A stretch of 64,000 nt of DNA from Squalus acanthias. Lineage: Eukaryota. A model generated the notes under the pieces. The model saw only the letters and a list, made by a program, of their open reading frames with translations, did no database searches and had not been told where the DNA came from. A program made the translations under genes and the position numbers. This document shows, one piece after another, positions 22,842-35,139 of this stretch. Every line of letters begins with the position of its first letter. The stretch's first letter is position 1. Where the stretch lies: positions 147,872,001-147,936,000 of the forward strand of contig CM059431.1 of the NCBI GenBank assembly GCA_030390025.1. The letters run 5' to 3'.

Positions 22842-25800
22842 ATTAATGTTAGAGTAGGTTCACCGTTAGTAATGTTTGAGTAGGGCCAACACAATTATGG
22901 TAGAGTAGAGTCACCACCAGTAATGTTAGAGTAGGGTCATCAACCAGTAATGTTACAGTGGGGTCACCACCATCTATGTTCCAGTGTAGTCACCACCAGT
23001 ATAATTAGAGTAGGGTCAAAACCAATAATGGTAGTGTAGGGTCACCACCAATAATGTTAGAGTACGGTCACCACCAGTACAGTTAGAGTTGGTTGACCTC
23101 CAGTAATGTTAGACTAAGGTCACTGCAAACAATGTTAGAGTAGTGTCACCAGCAGTAATGTTACATTAGAGTCACTACCAGTGAAGTTAGTGTACGCTCA
23201 CCTTCAGTACTGTTAGAGTTGAATCCCCACCAGCAATGTCAGAGCATGGTCGCCACGAGTAATGCTAGAGTAGGGTCTCCACCAGTTTTGTTAGAGTATG
23301 GCCACCACCAGTAATGTTAGAGTAGGGTCACCACCAGTAATGTTAAAGTATGGTCAGCACCAGTAATGTTAAAGTATGGTCACCTCCAGTAATGTTAGAG
23401 TATGGTCACCACAAGTAATGTTAGAGTTGGTTGGACTCCAGCAATGTTAGACTAAGGTCACTGCCAGCAATGTTACAGAAGAGACACCACCAGTAATGTT
23501 ACATTAGAGTCTCTACCAGTAAAGATGTGTACGCTCACCACCAGTACTGTTGGAGTTGGTTCGCCACCAGTAATGTTAGAGCAGGGGCACCACCAGTAAT
23601 GTTAGAGTAGATTCACCACCATTAATATTAAAGCAGGGTCACCACCAGTAATGTTAGAGTAGGGTCGCCACCAGTAATGTTAGAGTAGGGTCACCAACAG
23701 TAATGTTAGAGTACAGTCACCACCAGTAATGTTAAAGTATGGTCAGCACCAGTAATGTTAAAGTATGGTCACCTCCAGTAATGTTAGAGTATGGTCGCCA
23801 CCAGTAATGTTAGCGTAGGGTCACCACCAGTAATGTTAGAGAGCAGTCACCACCAGTAATGTTAGGGTTGGTTGGACTCCAGCAATGTTAGACTAAGGTC
23901 ACTGCCAGCGATGTTAGAGAAGAGACACCACCAGTAATGTTACATTAGGGTCTCTACCAGTAAAGATGTGTACGCTCACCACCAATACTGTTGGAGTTGG
24001 TTCGCCACCAGTAATGTTAGAGCAGGGTCACCACCAGTAATGTTAGAGTAGATTCACCACCATTAATATTAAAGCAGGGTCACCACCAATAATGTTAGAG
24101 TAGGGTCATCACCATTAATGCTAGAGTAGGGTCTTCACCATGAATGTTGGAGTATGGTCACCGCCAGCAATGATAGAGCAGGGTCACCAGCAGTAATGTT
24201 AGAGTAGGGTCACCACCAGTAATGTTAGAGTAGGGTCACCACCAGTAATGTTAGAGCAAAGTCACCACCAGTAATGTTAAAGTATGGTCAGCACCAGTAA
24301 TGTTAAAGTATGGTCACCTCCAGTAATGTTAGAGTATGGTCACCACCAGTAATGTTAGAGTAGGGTCAACACCAGTAATATTAGAGTAGGGTCTTCATCA
24401 TGAATGTTGGAGCATGGTCACCGCCAGCAATGATAGAGCCGCGTCACCACCAGTAATGTAGGAGTAGAGTCACCACCAGTAATGTTAGAGTAGGTTCACC
24501 AACAGTAATATTAGAGTAGTGTCTCCACCAGTAATGTTAGAGTAGAAACACCACCATTAATGTTAGAATAGAGTAGGGACACCAAAAGTAATACCATAGT
24601 TGGGTGAACATCATTAATGTTATTGTAGGGTCACCACCAGTATTCTTAGAGTAGTGTCACCACTAATAATGTTAGAGTAGGACCACCGCCAGTAATGTTA
24701 GAGTAGAGTCACTACCAGTAATGTTAGAGCAAGGTCACTACCATTAATGTTGCAGTAGAGTCACCACGTCCAATGTTAGAGTAGGGTCACCACCAATAAT
24801 GTTAGCGTAGTGTCACCACCAGTAATTGTAGAGTAGGGTCACCACCAGTGATTTTAGAGTAGCGTCACCGCCAGTAATGTTAGTGTCGGGTCACCACCAG
24901 TACCGCTGCAGTTGATTGGCCTTCAGTAATGGTAGTGTACGGTCAGCGCCAGTAATGTCAGTTTTGTTTCACCACCAGTAATGTTGGGCTAAGGTCACTA
25001 CCAATAATTATAGAGTAGAGTCAACACCAGTAACGTTAAATTAGAGTCACTGCCAGTAAAGTTACTATATGCTCACCACCAGTACTGTTAGAATTGGTTC
25101 CCCACCAGTAATGTTAGAGCAGGGTCACCACCATTAATGTTAGATTAGGGTAACCACCAGTAATGTAGGAGGACAGTCACCACCATTAATGTTAGTGTAG
25201 ATTCACCATCAGTAATGTTAGAGTAGGGTCTCCACCAGTAGTGTTAGAATAGAGTCACCACCATTAATGTTAGATTAGGGTCACCACCAGTAATGTTAGA
25301 GTAGTGTCACCACCAGTAATGTTAAAGTAGGACCACCGACAGTAATGTTAGAGTAGCGTCACTAGCATTAATGTTAGAGCAGATTCACCACTAGTAATCT
25401 TAGAGTAGGACCACCGCCAGTAATGTTAGGGAAGAGTCACCACCAGTAATGTGATAGCAGGTTCACCACCAGTACTGTTAGAGTAGAGTCACCACCAGTA
25501 ATGTTAGCGTAGGTTCACCACCAGTAATATTAGAGTAGGTTCTCCACCAGTAATTTTAGAGTAGGGTGACCTCCAGTAATGTTAATGTGCGGTCACCACC
25601 AGTAATGTTAGAGAAGGGTCACCACCAGTAATGTTAGAGTATATTCACCACTATTGAGGTTGGAGTAGGGCCACTAACAGTAAAGTTAGTGTACGGTCAA
25701 CATAAGTACCGTTAGAGTTGGTTCACCTTCAGTAATGTTAAAGTACAGTCACCGCCAATAATGTTAGTGTTGTTTCACATCCAGTAATGTTAGAGTAAGG

Positions 25801-28140
25801 TCACTGCCAGCAATGTTAGAGTAGAGTCACCACCAGCCATGTTACAGTAGAGTCATTAACAGTAAAATTAAAGTACGGTTATCACCATTATTGATGGCGT
25901 TGGTTCCGCACCAGTAATGTTACAGTAGGGTCACCACCAGTAATGATAGAGTAGGGTCACCACCAGCATTTTTCGAGTAGTGTCACCACTATTAATGTTA
26001 CAGTAGAGTCACTCACAGTAAAGTTAATGTACGGGCACCACCAGTATTGTTGGAGTTGGTTCCCCACCAGTAATGTTAAAGTAGGGTCACCATCAGCAAT
26101 TTTCGAGTAATGCCATCGCCAGTAATGTTAGAATCGGGTCACTACCAGTGATGTAAGTTTACTTACACCACCGGTAATGTTAGAGCTGGCTCACTGCCAG
26201 TAATGTTACAGTAGAGTCACCACCATTAATGTTAGAGTAGAGTCACCACAAGTAATGGTAGAGTGGGGTCACCTCCAGTAATGTTTGAGTATGGTCACCA
26301 CCAGTATTGCTAGAGTAGGGTGACCACTAGTAATGTTGGAGTCGAGTCACCACCAGTAATGTGAGAATAGGTTTCACCGTCAGTAAAGTTTGAGTAGCAT
26401 CACCATAATTATGTTAGAGTAGAGACACCACCAGTAATATTAGAGTAGTGTGACCTCCAGTAATGTTAGAGTAGAATCACCACCAGTAATGTTAGAGCAG
26501 GGTCACCACCAGTAATGTAAGTCTAGAGTCTCCAAAAGTAATGTTAGAGTAGGGTGACCACTAGTAATGTTAGAGTAGAGTCATCACCAGTAATGTTAGA
26601 GTTGTGTCACCACTAGTATGTTAGATTAAGGTCACCACCAGTAATGTTAGAGTAGAGTCACCTCCAGTAATGTTACAGTAGGATCACCACCATTAAAGTT
26701 AGTTTATGCTCACCACCAGCACCGTTAGTGTAGGGTCACCGCCAGTAATGTTAGAGTAGGGTGTCCAAAAGTAATGTAAGTGTACAGTCACCACCAGTTA
26801 TGTTTGAGTAGAGTCACCACCAGTAATGTTAGAGTAGTTTCACCACCATTAATGCAGCGTAAGATTACCAGCAATAATGTTAGAGTGGGCCCTCACGATT
26901 CATTTTTGGGTTGGGTTACCAGCTGTATTGTTAGAGTAGCGCCACCATCAGTAATGTTAGAGTACAGTCACCACCAGTAATGTTAGAGTAGAGACTCCAC
27001 CAGTAATGTTAGGGTAGGGTGACCACTAGTAATGTTAGAGTAGGGTCACCGTCAGTAATGTTTGAGTAAGGTCACCACAAGTATGTTAGATAAGAGTCAT
27101 CTCCAGTAACGTTAGAGTAGGGTCATCAACCAGTAATGTTACAGTAGGTTCACCACCATTTATGTTAGAGTATAGTAACCAACAGTATAATTAGAGTAGA
27201 GTCAACACCAGTACTTTTCCAGGAGGGTCTCTACCTTTAAAATTAGTGTACGGTCACCACCTGAACCGTTAGAGTTGGTTCATCTCCATTAATGTTAGTG
27301 TACTGTCACCGCCAGTAATGTTGGTGTTGGTTCACCTCCAGTAATGTTAGAGTAAGGTCACTGCCAGCAATGTTAGAGTAGAGTCATCAACAGTAATGTT
27401 AAATTAGTGTCACTACCAGTAAAGTTAGAGCAGGACCACCGACAGTAAAGTTAGAGTAGGGTCACTGCCAGTAATGTTAGAGTATGTTCACCACCAGTAA
27501 TGTTAGAGTAGAGTCACCATCAGTAATGTTAGCATAGGGTCACCACTAGTAATGTTAGATTAGAGTCACCACCAGTATAATTAGAGTAGAGTCACCACCA
27601 GTAATGTTACAGTAGAGTCACTACCAGTAAAGTTATTGCACGGCCACCACCAGTATTTGTTAGAGTTGGGTCACCACGAGTAATGTTTGAGTAGCGTTAC
27701 CATAATTATGTTAGAGTAGACTCACCACCAGTAATGTTAGAGTTGGGTCACCACCAGTAATGTTACATTACGATTACCAGCAATAATGTTAGAGTGGGCC
27801 TTCGCCAGTATTTTTTGGGTTGGGTTACCAGCGGTACTGTTGGAGTATAATTACCACATGTAACGGTAGAATAGTATCACCACCATTAATGCCAGCGGAG
27901 CATCATCAACATTAATATTAGAATAGGGTCACCGCCAGCAATGTTAGAGAGGAGTCATCACTAGTGATGTTAGCGATGAATCATCACTAGTAATGTTAGC
28001 GATGAATCATTGCCAGTAATATTAGAGCGGAGTCATCACTAGGTATCATTACAGTAAAAAAAGCAAATTTAGCTTATGCAATGGATGAGTGAAGTTGTGA
28101 CCGAAGTAACATGAAACCTCAAGAGCCTAACGCAGAGTCC

Positions 28141-28257
28141 AGGAGAGATTCTCCATTCAGCGTTCAGGGACCATGCGCAGGGCACATTCCCTCTGGGATT
28201 ACTTTCCGCACAATTTCCCCACTGGCGGCCCGGCGCACTGAAGCGGAAAATCGCCCC
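28141..28257. mobile_element. Short decayed inverted-repeat element (MITE-like)
   Basis: GGAGAGATTCTCCATTCAGCG at the left is an imperfect inverted match to CACTGAAGCGGAAAATCGCCCC at the right. Confidence 0.4.
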
Positions 28258-28330
28258 TTGTTTGTTAAGTGACTGTAACTAACGCCACTTATTGTGTAAC
28301 GTGCTTTTCTGACCGGGGCTCCGATTTTTC

Positions 28331-28337
28331 TATAAAT
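28331..28337 (+). promoter_or_regulatory. Candidate TATA box of the GPCR gene
   Basis: TATAAAT, 83 bp upstream of the exon-1 ATG. Confidence 0.45.
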
Positions 28338-28413
28338 GGGGAGTATTTATCGATCTCAGATACACTCCAGTCCGAACCGTAAAGCTGGACAGATTTCGCA
28401 CAGATTTTTTAAA

Positions 28414-30902
28414 ATGGAACAGCCAACAATTCTACAGATAAAGCAAATTTACTACCCAGTTCTCGCAACTTTTGGGGCTCCGGGTAAGTCAAATATGTTG
28501 TCTAATAACTGTTGACTATCTCAGATTTAATGTTACAGATTCCGAGCATGTCCTCATTGCAGGTCATTGATCCACCGGGATCAGTCGGTGAATATCACCT
28601 GGAATTGGAACAGTCCGCGCGGCCGCTGTGGCGCAGTTCTGGTCGCTCGGTCGTGGCCACCGGAAACTCAACTTTGCTCCGCTTACTGAGGGAGGGCTAA
28701 GCTGATTCCCCGGCCCTCAGATAGTACATACATCATTAAAGAATGTGTTGCTTAGTATTCATGTTAATCATTTCATCTGTACCGTTGTTCCCTGTGTTCA
28801 TTAATTTATAATTCCTTGTACTGCAGCCACCTCCACCCATCAGAGGACTGTGAAAGATATTTGGAGCAATAATTGCCGCTCAGGGAGCTGCTCCCCTCCC
28901 CTCGGCTGCAAAGACCCTTCGCGGCTCCACCAGCTCACGCTCTATTACCGAGCAGCTTCCTGTAGGCGATTATAAATCGAAAAAGCGCAGAGATTCGACC
29001 TACATCGAATGTTTGTGTCTCAGCTAAATGTATTATTTGAATTCATATCTTTCCAGTAATAGTTTGTAAATTATATTGAATAGAGCTGACATCTGATGCC
29101 GCTCCCGAGATCCCCGTCGCCAATTAAACCGATGAGACTAAATGTAAATTTCCATCGATTGCTCCCTGGGGCCGCTGTAGTAACTCATCAAATTGGCTCG
29201 GTGCTTCATATGGTCCCAGCCTCATGGCGGGATGGTTTCAGCGCTCCACACTGCAATGGAATTTGTGTTTGGATGTATGTAAGGCAATCCGCTTCTTTAT
29301 TGTCTCTGAATATGAACAAGTTATAGAACCAACCAAGGTTGCTCTTTAAGGGACTTTAATCTGTAACTGTACCTTCCCTGCGAGGTACTGTTTCTTGCCT
29401 GGACCGCACTGTTAAAGTGTGAATGGACCCTCAATGGATTTCTAACGAAAGACATCGGCATGAAACGTTAACTTCGATTCCCTCTCCACAGATAAGGCTG
29501 CTTATCCTAGTACTGCTGAGCATTTCCAGCATTTTCTGTTTTTATGCATGAATATAGAGTCAGTGGCGATAGTGATGGAGATTCAGCCAGAAGAGATGTA
29601 TCATGGTCGGCTGAGCCGATGTCGCCCGTTTCACGCTATAGCCCAAAGTCAAAATTCCCCTCCGTTGAGCCATCAGTGCCTGGCTGTCGGTGGTGTTGCG
29701 GATCGATATCCGTTACCATTGCCGATACTGAATACGAGCGACCCTCCCAGCACCTACCTCCACCCATCGGCTTGACACAGTCTGACTGAAGTGTGCTGGA
29801 AGGACGGCGCATTCTCAGTCCCTCAATATTGGGTGTTTAATGATTACATTCGTTTGAAACATATATTGTAAACGCTCGCCTATATTGTAAAGAGAAACCG
29901 TGTGCATAACCCTTAGTAGGAACACATCGGTTACAACCCCACAATAGGCTGTGAGATTTATCCGAGTGTCCCCATTACTTACTGTTGTCCCTCTTTCTTA
30001 CAGCGAACCTATTGACAATGGTGATTCTCTCCAGAGGAAAATGCGGTCTTTCCAAATGTATCTCTGTCTACATGGTGGCCATGGCAACAGCAGATCTACT
30101 GGTCATGATCATCAATGTAATCGTATATCACATTTTGAGTAAACACTTCCCATATTCATTCCTGTCATACACTGCCGTTTGTAAGTTCATGATGTACATG
30201 ACTTGTACCAACCTGGATATGTCGGTGTGGTTTACCGTCTCCTTCACATTTGACCGATTTGTAGCTATATGTTGTCAGAAGTTTAAAACAAAGTATTGCA
30301 CAGTGAGAACTGCGGCCGCGGTTTTAACAACGGTCTCTGTCCTGGTTTATTTAGAGAACATCCCCTTTTTGTTTGCCTTTGAACACAAACAAATAATCAA
30401 CAATGTTCCCTGGGGTTGCCGCCCCAATATGACATTTTTATCGTCTGCAGGTGTAGCCTACTTCCACATACAAAATGTTTTAATTACATATCTTCCTTTT
30501 CTTTTAATATTACTGTTTAATAGTTTGACAGTCAGGCGTATTTTAGTGGCCAGTAGATCCCGCAGGGGACTCCGAAGTCACAGCAGTGAGAATCAGAGCG
30601 ATCCAGAGATGGAGAACCGAAGGAAATCCATCATTTTACTGTTCACTGTATCGGCCAGTTTTGTATTGTTGTGGCTGACATCTGCTGTGAGTTCTGTAGT
30701 TAACCACCTGGCCGTGCATCACCGACCCGATTATACATCTCCTGCATTCATCGCCACTGAAACCGGATATATGCTCATGTATCTGAGTTCCTGTACAAAC
30801 ACGTGTATTTATGCAGCTACACAAACTAAATTCAGGGACGATTTGAAGAAGCTGCTGAAATCTCCTTGGACATTTATTCTGATGTTGATTCCAAAAATCT
30901 AA
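28414..30902 (+). CDS. GPR139/GPR142-like class A GPCR, 2 exons (28414-28483, 30004-30902), 322 aa, intact
   Basis: Exon 1 MEQPTILQIKQIYYPVLATFGAP ends G|GTAAGT. Acceptor CTCTTTCTTACAG|CG is phase-compatible. Exon 2 contains NLLTMVILSRGKCGLS, MATADLL, SVWFTVSFTFDRFVAIC, RRKSIILL, SSCTNTCIY. Total 969 nt = 323 codons. Confidence 0.92.
29440..29545 (+). mobile_element. Decayed Penelope-like terminal repeat in the GPCR intron
   Basis: TGAAACGTTAACT...CTCTCCACAGA...CTGCTGAGCATTTCCAGCATTTTCTGTTTTTAT resembles a recurring pLTR-type motif. Its hammerhead core is degenerate (CTAACGA...GAAACGTT). Confidence 0.5.
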
Positions 30903-31073
30903 AAATAAAACTAAAGCTTCCTTTAAGTAGAGTAACATTACAGCCCGTGTTCCATTTTAGAATGGCCGTCTTACCGTTAGGACGAAAGCCGATTGTTGCT
31001 GTGAAAATGAACAGGTATCAGAAAACCTTTCTTCATTTTATGCCGTGTGTTTTGTGTCTGCTGCTTTCCCTGT

Positions 31074-31520
31074 GTCAGCCACGGCTCAGCTGGTAGCAAC
31101 CTCGTGAGAAGGTTCTGGCTTCAATCCACACTCCAGAGACTCAATAATCTACCGTAATCTAGGCTGACACTCCAGTGCAGGGCTGAGGGAGTGCTGCACT
31201 GTCGGAGGTGCTCTCTTCCAAATGAGACATTAAACAGAGACTCCGTCTGCCCTCTCAGGTGGACGTAAAAGATCATTTGCACTATTTCGTAGAGGAGCAT
31301 GGGAGTTAGCCCGGGTGTCCCAGCCAATATTCATCCCTCAATCAACATCACTAAAAAACAAATTATCTTGTCATTATTACATTCTAGTTTGTGGGAGCTT
31401 CGTGTGCTTAGATTGGCTGCCGTGTTTCCTACATTAGGACAGTGGTTACACCTCAAAAATAACTTCATTGGCTGTAAAGCGACGCTGTTCGTGACAGGAG
31501 CTATATAAATATAAATCTTT
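31074..31520 (+). mobile_element. Deu-domain SINE (SacSINE/AmnSINE-like)
   Basis: tRNA-like head GGCTCAGCTGGTAGC. Core GGCTGACACTCCAGTGCAG.GCTGAGGGAGTGCTGCACTGTCGGAGGTGC...TGCCCTCTCAGGTGGACGTAAAAGATC. Tail CTATATAAAT...TCTTT. Confidence 0.75.
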
Positions 31521-31553
31521 CCTGTTCTTTCTTTTACCCCAGGAGAATATAAT

Positions 31554-32314
31554 GGCCCAGAAATTAGACTTCAATGGTTACCGCGGGGGTAAGGATCGTG
31601 CGCAATCTTACCTACTGCGCCTGCCTTTATGGTTCTGGCCCACACGAACTTCTGCTCCTCAGCCTCTCCCTGTTGCCGGCGCGCAGTGTGTGCGTGTCCC
31701 AGAGGCGCAGTTAGTTCGATGCGACCTCTGGGAGCACGTGGGCCAGTTAGAGCCAATGGCAACACACCATCTTTCATTCATAGTTTTGACAGGAAGAGCT
31801 GTCAAAACTATGAATACAGCTTGCCCCCAAAAGAACAGCTAAACCTGAATTTAATTTTTAAAAAAATCACGTTAATAAAATAACTATAGTTAAATAAATT
31901 AACCACTTTAAACAAAAACTTAAATTTTTGAAAAATTTTAATTTTTTTTAAAAGTTATAAAAATAAACTTACCTTTCTTTAAAGTCTCTAAAAAAGATAA
32001 ACTTGCTGAAAAAAAATTAAAATAATACTTAATTAACTACTTACCTTGTTAAAAGGGGGTCTTACGCCTGCTTTCTTCATGTGTAAAATCTTCAACACTT
32101 ACCTTCGCGTTCAAACATTAAAAAAAGACTGAGTGTGCTGCGTGCGCACAGCCTGTAGCGCGCACGTGGTTCACCTAGGAACCGCCCCCTTCGCAATATC
32201 GGAAGTGCCGGTTTCCCGCGCATGCGCAGTGCATGCAGGAAACCGGCTTTTCGGGACCGATTATGGATGAGTACACAGTGCGTACTCTCCCGTATTCGGC
32301 CGAATTTCTGGGCC
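31554..32314 (-). mobile_element. Non-autonomous Harbinger-type MITE, copy 1 (761 bp)
   Basis: TIR GGCCCAGAAATT / AATTTCTGGGCC. TSD AAT at 31551-31553 and 32315-32317. Homologous, in the opposite orientation, to the copies at 41068 and 51137. Confidence 0.9.
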
Positions 32315-33519
32315 AATCATTTCCCGCTAATCAGAATATCAAAAGTCTGCTAATGTGATACTGTGTTGGTTTGTCTTTCTATTGTAGCAATGTTAACCTT
32401 TAGCCTTGTCCTGTTAATCAGGTAACCACTGTTTTTTTTTATGTATCGCTGGGCTATTGGGCCAGGGCTGACCCTGCAACAATGGTCAGTTTCAGGATGA
32501 AGTAATAAGCGAGGTAATTAAACTCATGACATTGCAAACAGATTTATCAATTTCAGGGAACTTTTATCATTTGGTAACAGTTTGGGAATAGAGTTAGTTC
32601 TGCAAAGGAAAGCATCTGGACATCCATCATCATTTTAATTTAGAACAATAGATACAGAAACAGACAGTCTTACTGTTAAACGTTTCACTTGGTACAATTG
32701 CAATTATATGGATCAAGAGTGAAACTATCGATCAGAAATATCAATTAAATTGTCTTTATGTGGAGTTTTATTTTAACTTTGATATAAATGTGTAATGCAG
32801 ATTTATATGGTTTGTCGAGTACAGGGAGTGGGAAAAATGAATAAAAACCTACCGTTTCGAATGAGTATTCGGTTGGGTAAAGGCCTAAGATACTGAGCTC
32901 AGGACTGTGACATGTTTGGGTCTGCACACCAACATCATCAGGTGTGGTTCTCATTCCTACTTTTTAAGTGTGTGTGTATGTACTATTGCATATATTATGT
33001 GCTTAATAAACCTATGACACCTCACTCCAATGTCCAAGATCATTATTGAAAAGCTTATGCTGGCAATAGCCTTTGTACTTCAATTGTGAATGGGCTCCAT
33101 TTACTAACTCTGATTAAGAGCCCGCTTTACCCGTCACCTTCCACTTGACCCAGACGTTCTCCAAAACCAAAATCCTCTTGTTTGCAGAGCCCCGTGGAGC
33201 CCGGGCTCTGCCAGTCCGGCTGGCATCCAGCTTCTGGGGAAAGTGGTGATTAGTTGCGAGCGGTTTTGTGTAAGAGCCACATTCTCATTTAACTGGATGC
33301 GGACAACCAGCAATATTTAAGGCCAGAGTCAGGCAGCCGGCAGAGGTTTTAGTTCCATCAGTCAGAGATGTTCTGCACCCAGCTACAATCCTGAGAAGGC
33401 GGCCTGCAGTCAACCACATCATCCAAACACCGCAGGTAAAATAGAAAGCAAAGGCATGAATAAATAACCTTTACATTACCGGTTCACATTCAATCTGGTT
33501 TGGTCGTGATTCCCCGTAC

Positions 33520-34070
33520 CCTGTTTCTAATTAATCAGTTGTTGTATTCCCTTGTGTGTCTCTATTTCTAATTAAACAGTTCGTGTGTTTCCCTGATATT
33601 CCCGTCTCCTCTATTCCTACATAAACAGTTACTGTCTCCCCAGACCCCCGTTTTACATCATCAGTTATTTACTGTGTTACCCCATGTCACCTTTTATTCT
33701 ATTTCTAATTAGACAGTTAGTTTATTACCCTGAATCTTCTTGTCCTCTATTTCTAATTGAACAGTTGCTGTATTCCCCTGTCCCCTACTTGTAAATGAAA
33801 TGTTATTATGTTCCGCTGGTCCCTATTTCTAATATCAGTTTCCATATTCCCCTGACCTCTATTTCTAATTAAGCCATTACGGTGTTCCCCTATGTTACTT
33901 TTATTTTATTTCTAATTAACAGTTCGTTGTTTCCACTTAATTTTCCTGTTCTCCATTTCGAATTAAACATTTACATTGTTCCCCTAAATTCCCCTTTATT
34001 CTATTTCTAATTTTGCTTCTCGTGTTCCGCTGAATTCCCCTGTCCTGTAGTTTTCATTCTAAAGATTAGG
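33520..34070. repeat. Degenerate AT-rich tandem repeat (roughly 40-50-bp unit)
   Basis: Recurrent TCTATTTCTAATTAAACAGTT...TTCCCCTG. Confidence 0.75.
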
Positions 34071-34947
34071 ACCAAGTCTTTTACATAGATAGACGGTCGC
34101 TCATTGCAATAACGTTCCAGAATTTAGTTTTGAATTTACCCCCACCAATCTCAGGCCATGTCCTCTGGTTTTACAGTTCTGGACAAGGTGAAACAGCTCG
34201 GCATGATCCACATTACCTAATGGATAAATAACAGTTTCTCGCACATATTCAGGTCCCGGATATTCCTGTGCCCTTTTATTGTTTGTCACAGGATTGTTAA
34301 CATGAAAAGGGTAATGGACCTTCTGCTGCTGAGGCCAGCTACAATTCAATAGTGTCAGTGGTTTACATTGGGCCGTATTTTGTGACCTACGATGCGTACG
34401 ACGTGCACACGCGCACGGAGGGGCCGCGCAAGTTCCGGGTTTAGGCTTGCGAAGGGCATGCGATAAAAATCGGAAATTGCGATCTGTCAAGATTCCTCTT
34501 GACAGATTGCACGCATCCCCAGGAGAAGTAGCGCTGCTGGCCGTTACGGACGAACCTGCAACGATAGAAAAAAAAATAGGCATGATGAAGACCTGGAGGT
34601 GAGGGAGCTTGGAAACGGGACTGTTTTAACGTTTAAAGTTAACAAAGTTATTGGTGCAAATCGTGATTTAAGTTTTTTAACAACTCTAATTTGTTAAATA
34701 TTTCAATAGTTTTGGATCTAGTTCCGAGGAGTGTAGGTAATTTGAAGAGGAACGTTCGCTGTGGAACAAGGTAAGCATTGTATTAGATTTAATTTTTTTA
34801 AACTTGAAAATGACTGTTTCAAAATGATTTTGTTCACATTTACTAATGTTTAAAACGATTATTCCAGAATATATGAATATTTTAAATGTTAACTTTTTTA
34901 TTATGTTTATAAATTTTATGTATGTCATTCTAAAAAATTTACCTTAC

Positions 34948-35049
34948 TAGAAATTGGTCTCGGGCGCTGATATTCATCAGGCGGGTATGACGGGCGGCCG
35001 ATCCGATAGCGCCCGTTTTGCGCCACCGCCCGCCGTGAATTTCTACCCA
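34948..35049. mobile_element. About 100-bp MITE remnant with GGGGTAGAAATT-type ends
   Basis: TAGAAATTGG...GAATTTCTACCC. Internal ACGGGCGGCCGATCCGATAGCGCCCGTTTTGCGCCACC is shared with elements at 59.3-59.8 kb. Confidence 0.55.
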
Positions 35050-35139
35050 CCCACTTTATTAACATGACTTTTACAACTCTTTCCTTTTTACCCTGCATTT
35101 ACTGCAGCTATTTAAAGAGGAAACCTGTGAAGGGGAAAC

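Larger units (their letters stand above)
16480..28050. repeat. 26-bp satellite/minisatellite array, about 11.5 kb
   Basis: Consensus AGTAATGTTAGAGTAG(G/A)GTCACCACC repeated throughout. Edges are degenerate. Two TE insertions lie inside the array. Confidence 0.97.

Noticed and set aside
16480..28050. CRISPR-like array or repetitive coding gene
   Set aside because: Units are contiguous with no unique spacers, there are no cas genes, stops are frequent, and the context is vertebrate.
32354..33476. Possible solo LTR(s) (TG...AATAAA...CA)
   Set aside because: No matching TSD, PBS/PPT or second copy could be found by eye.
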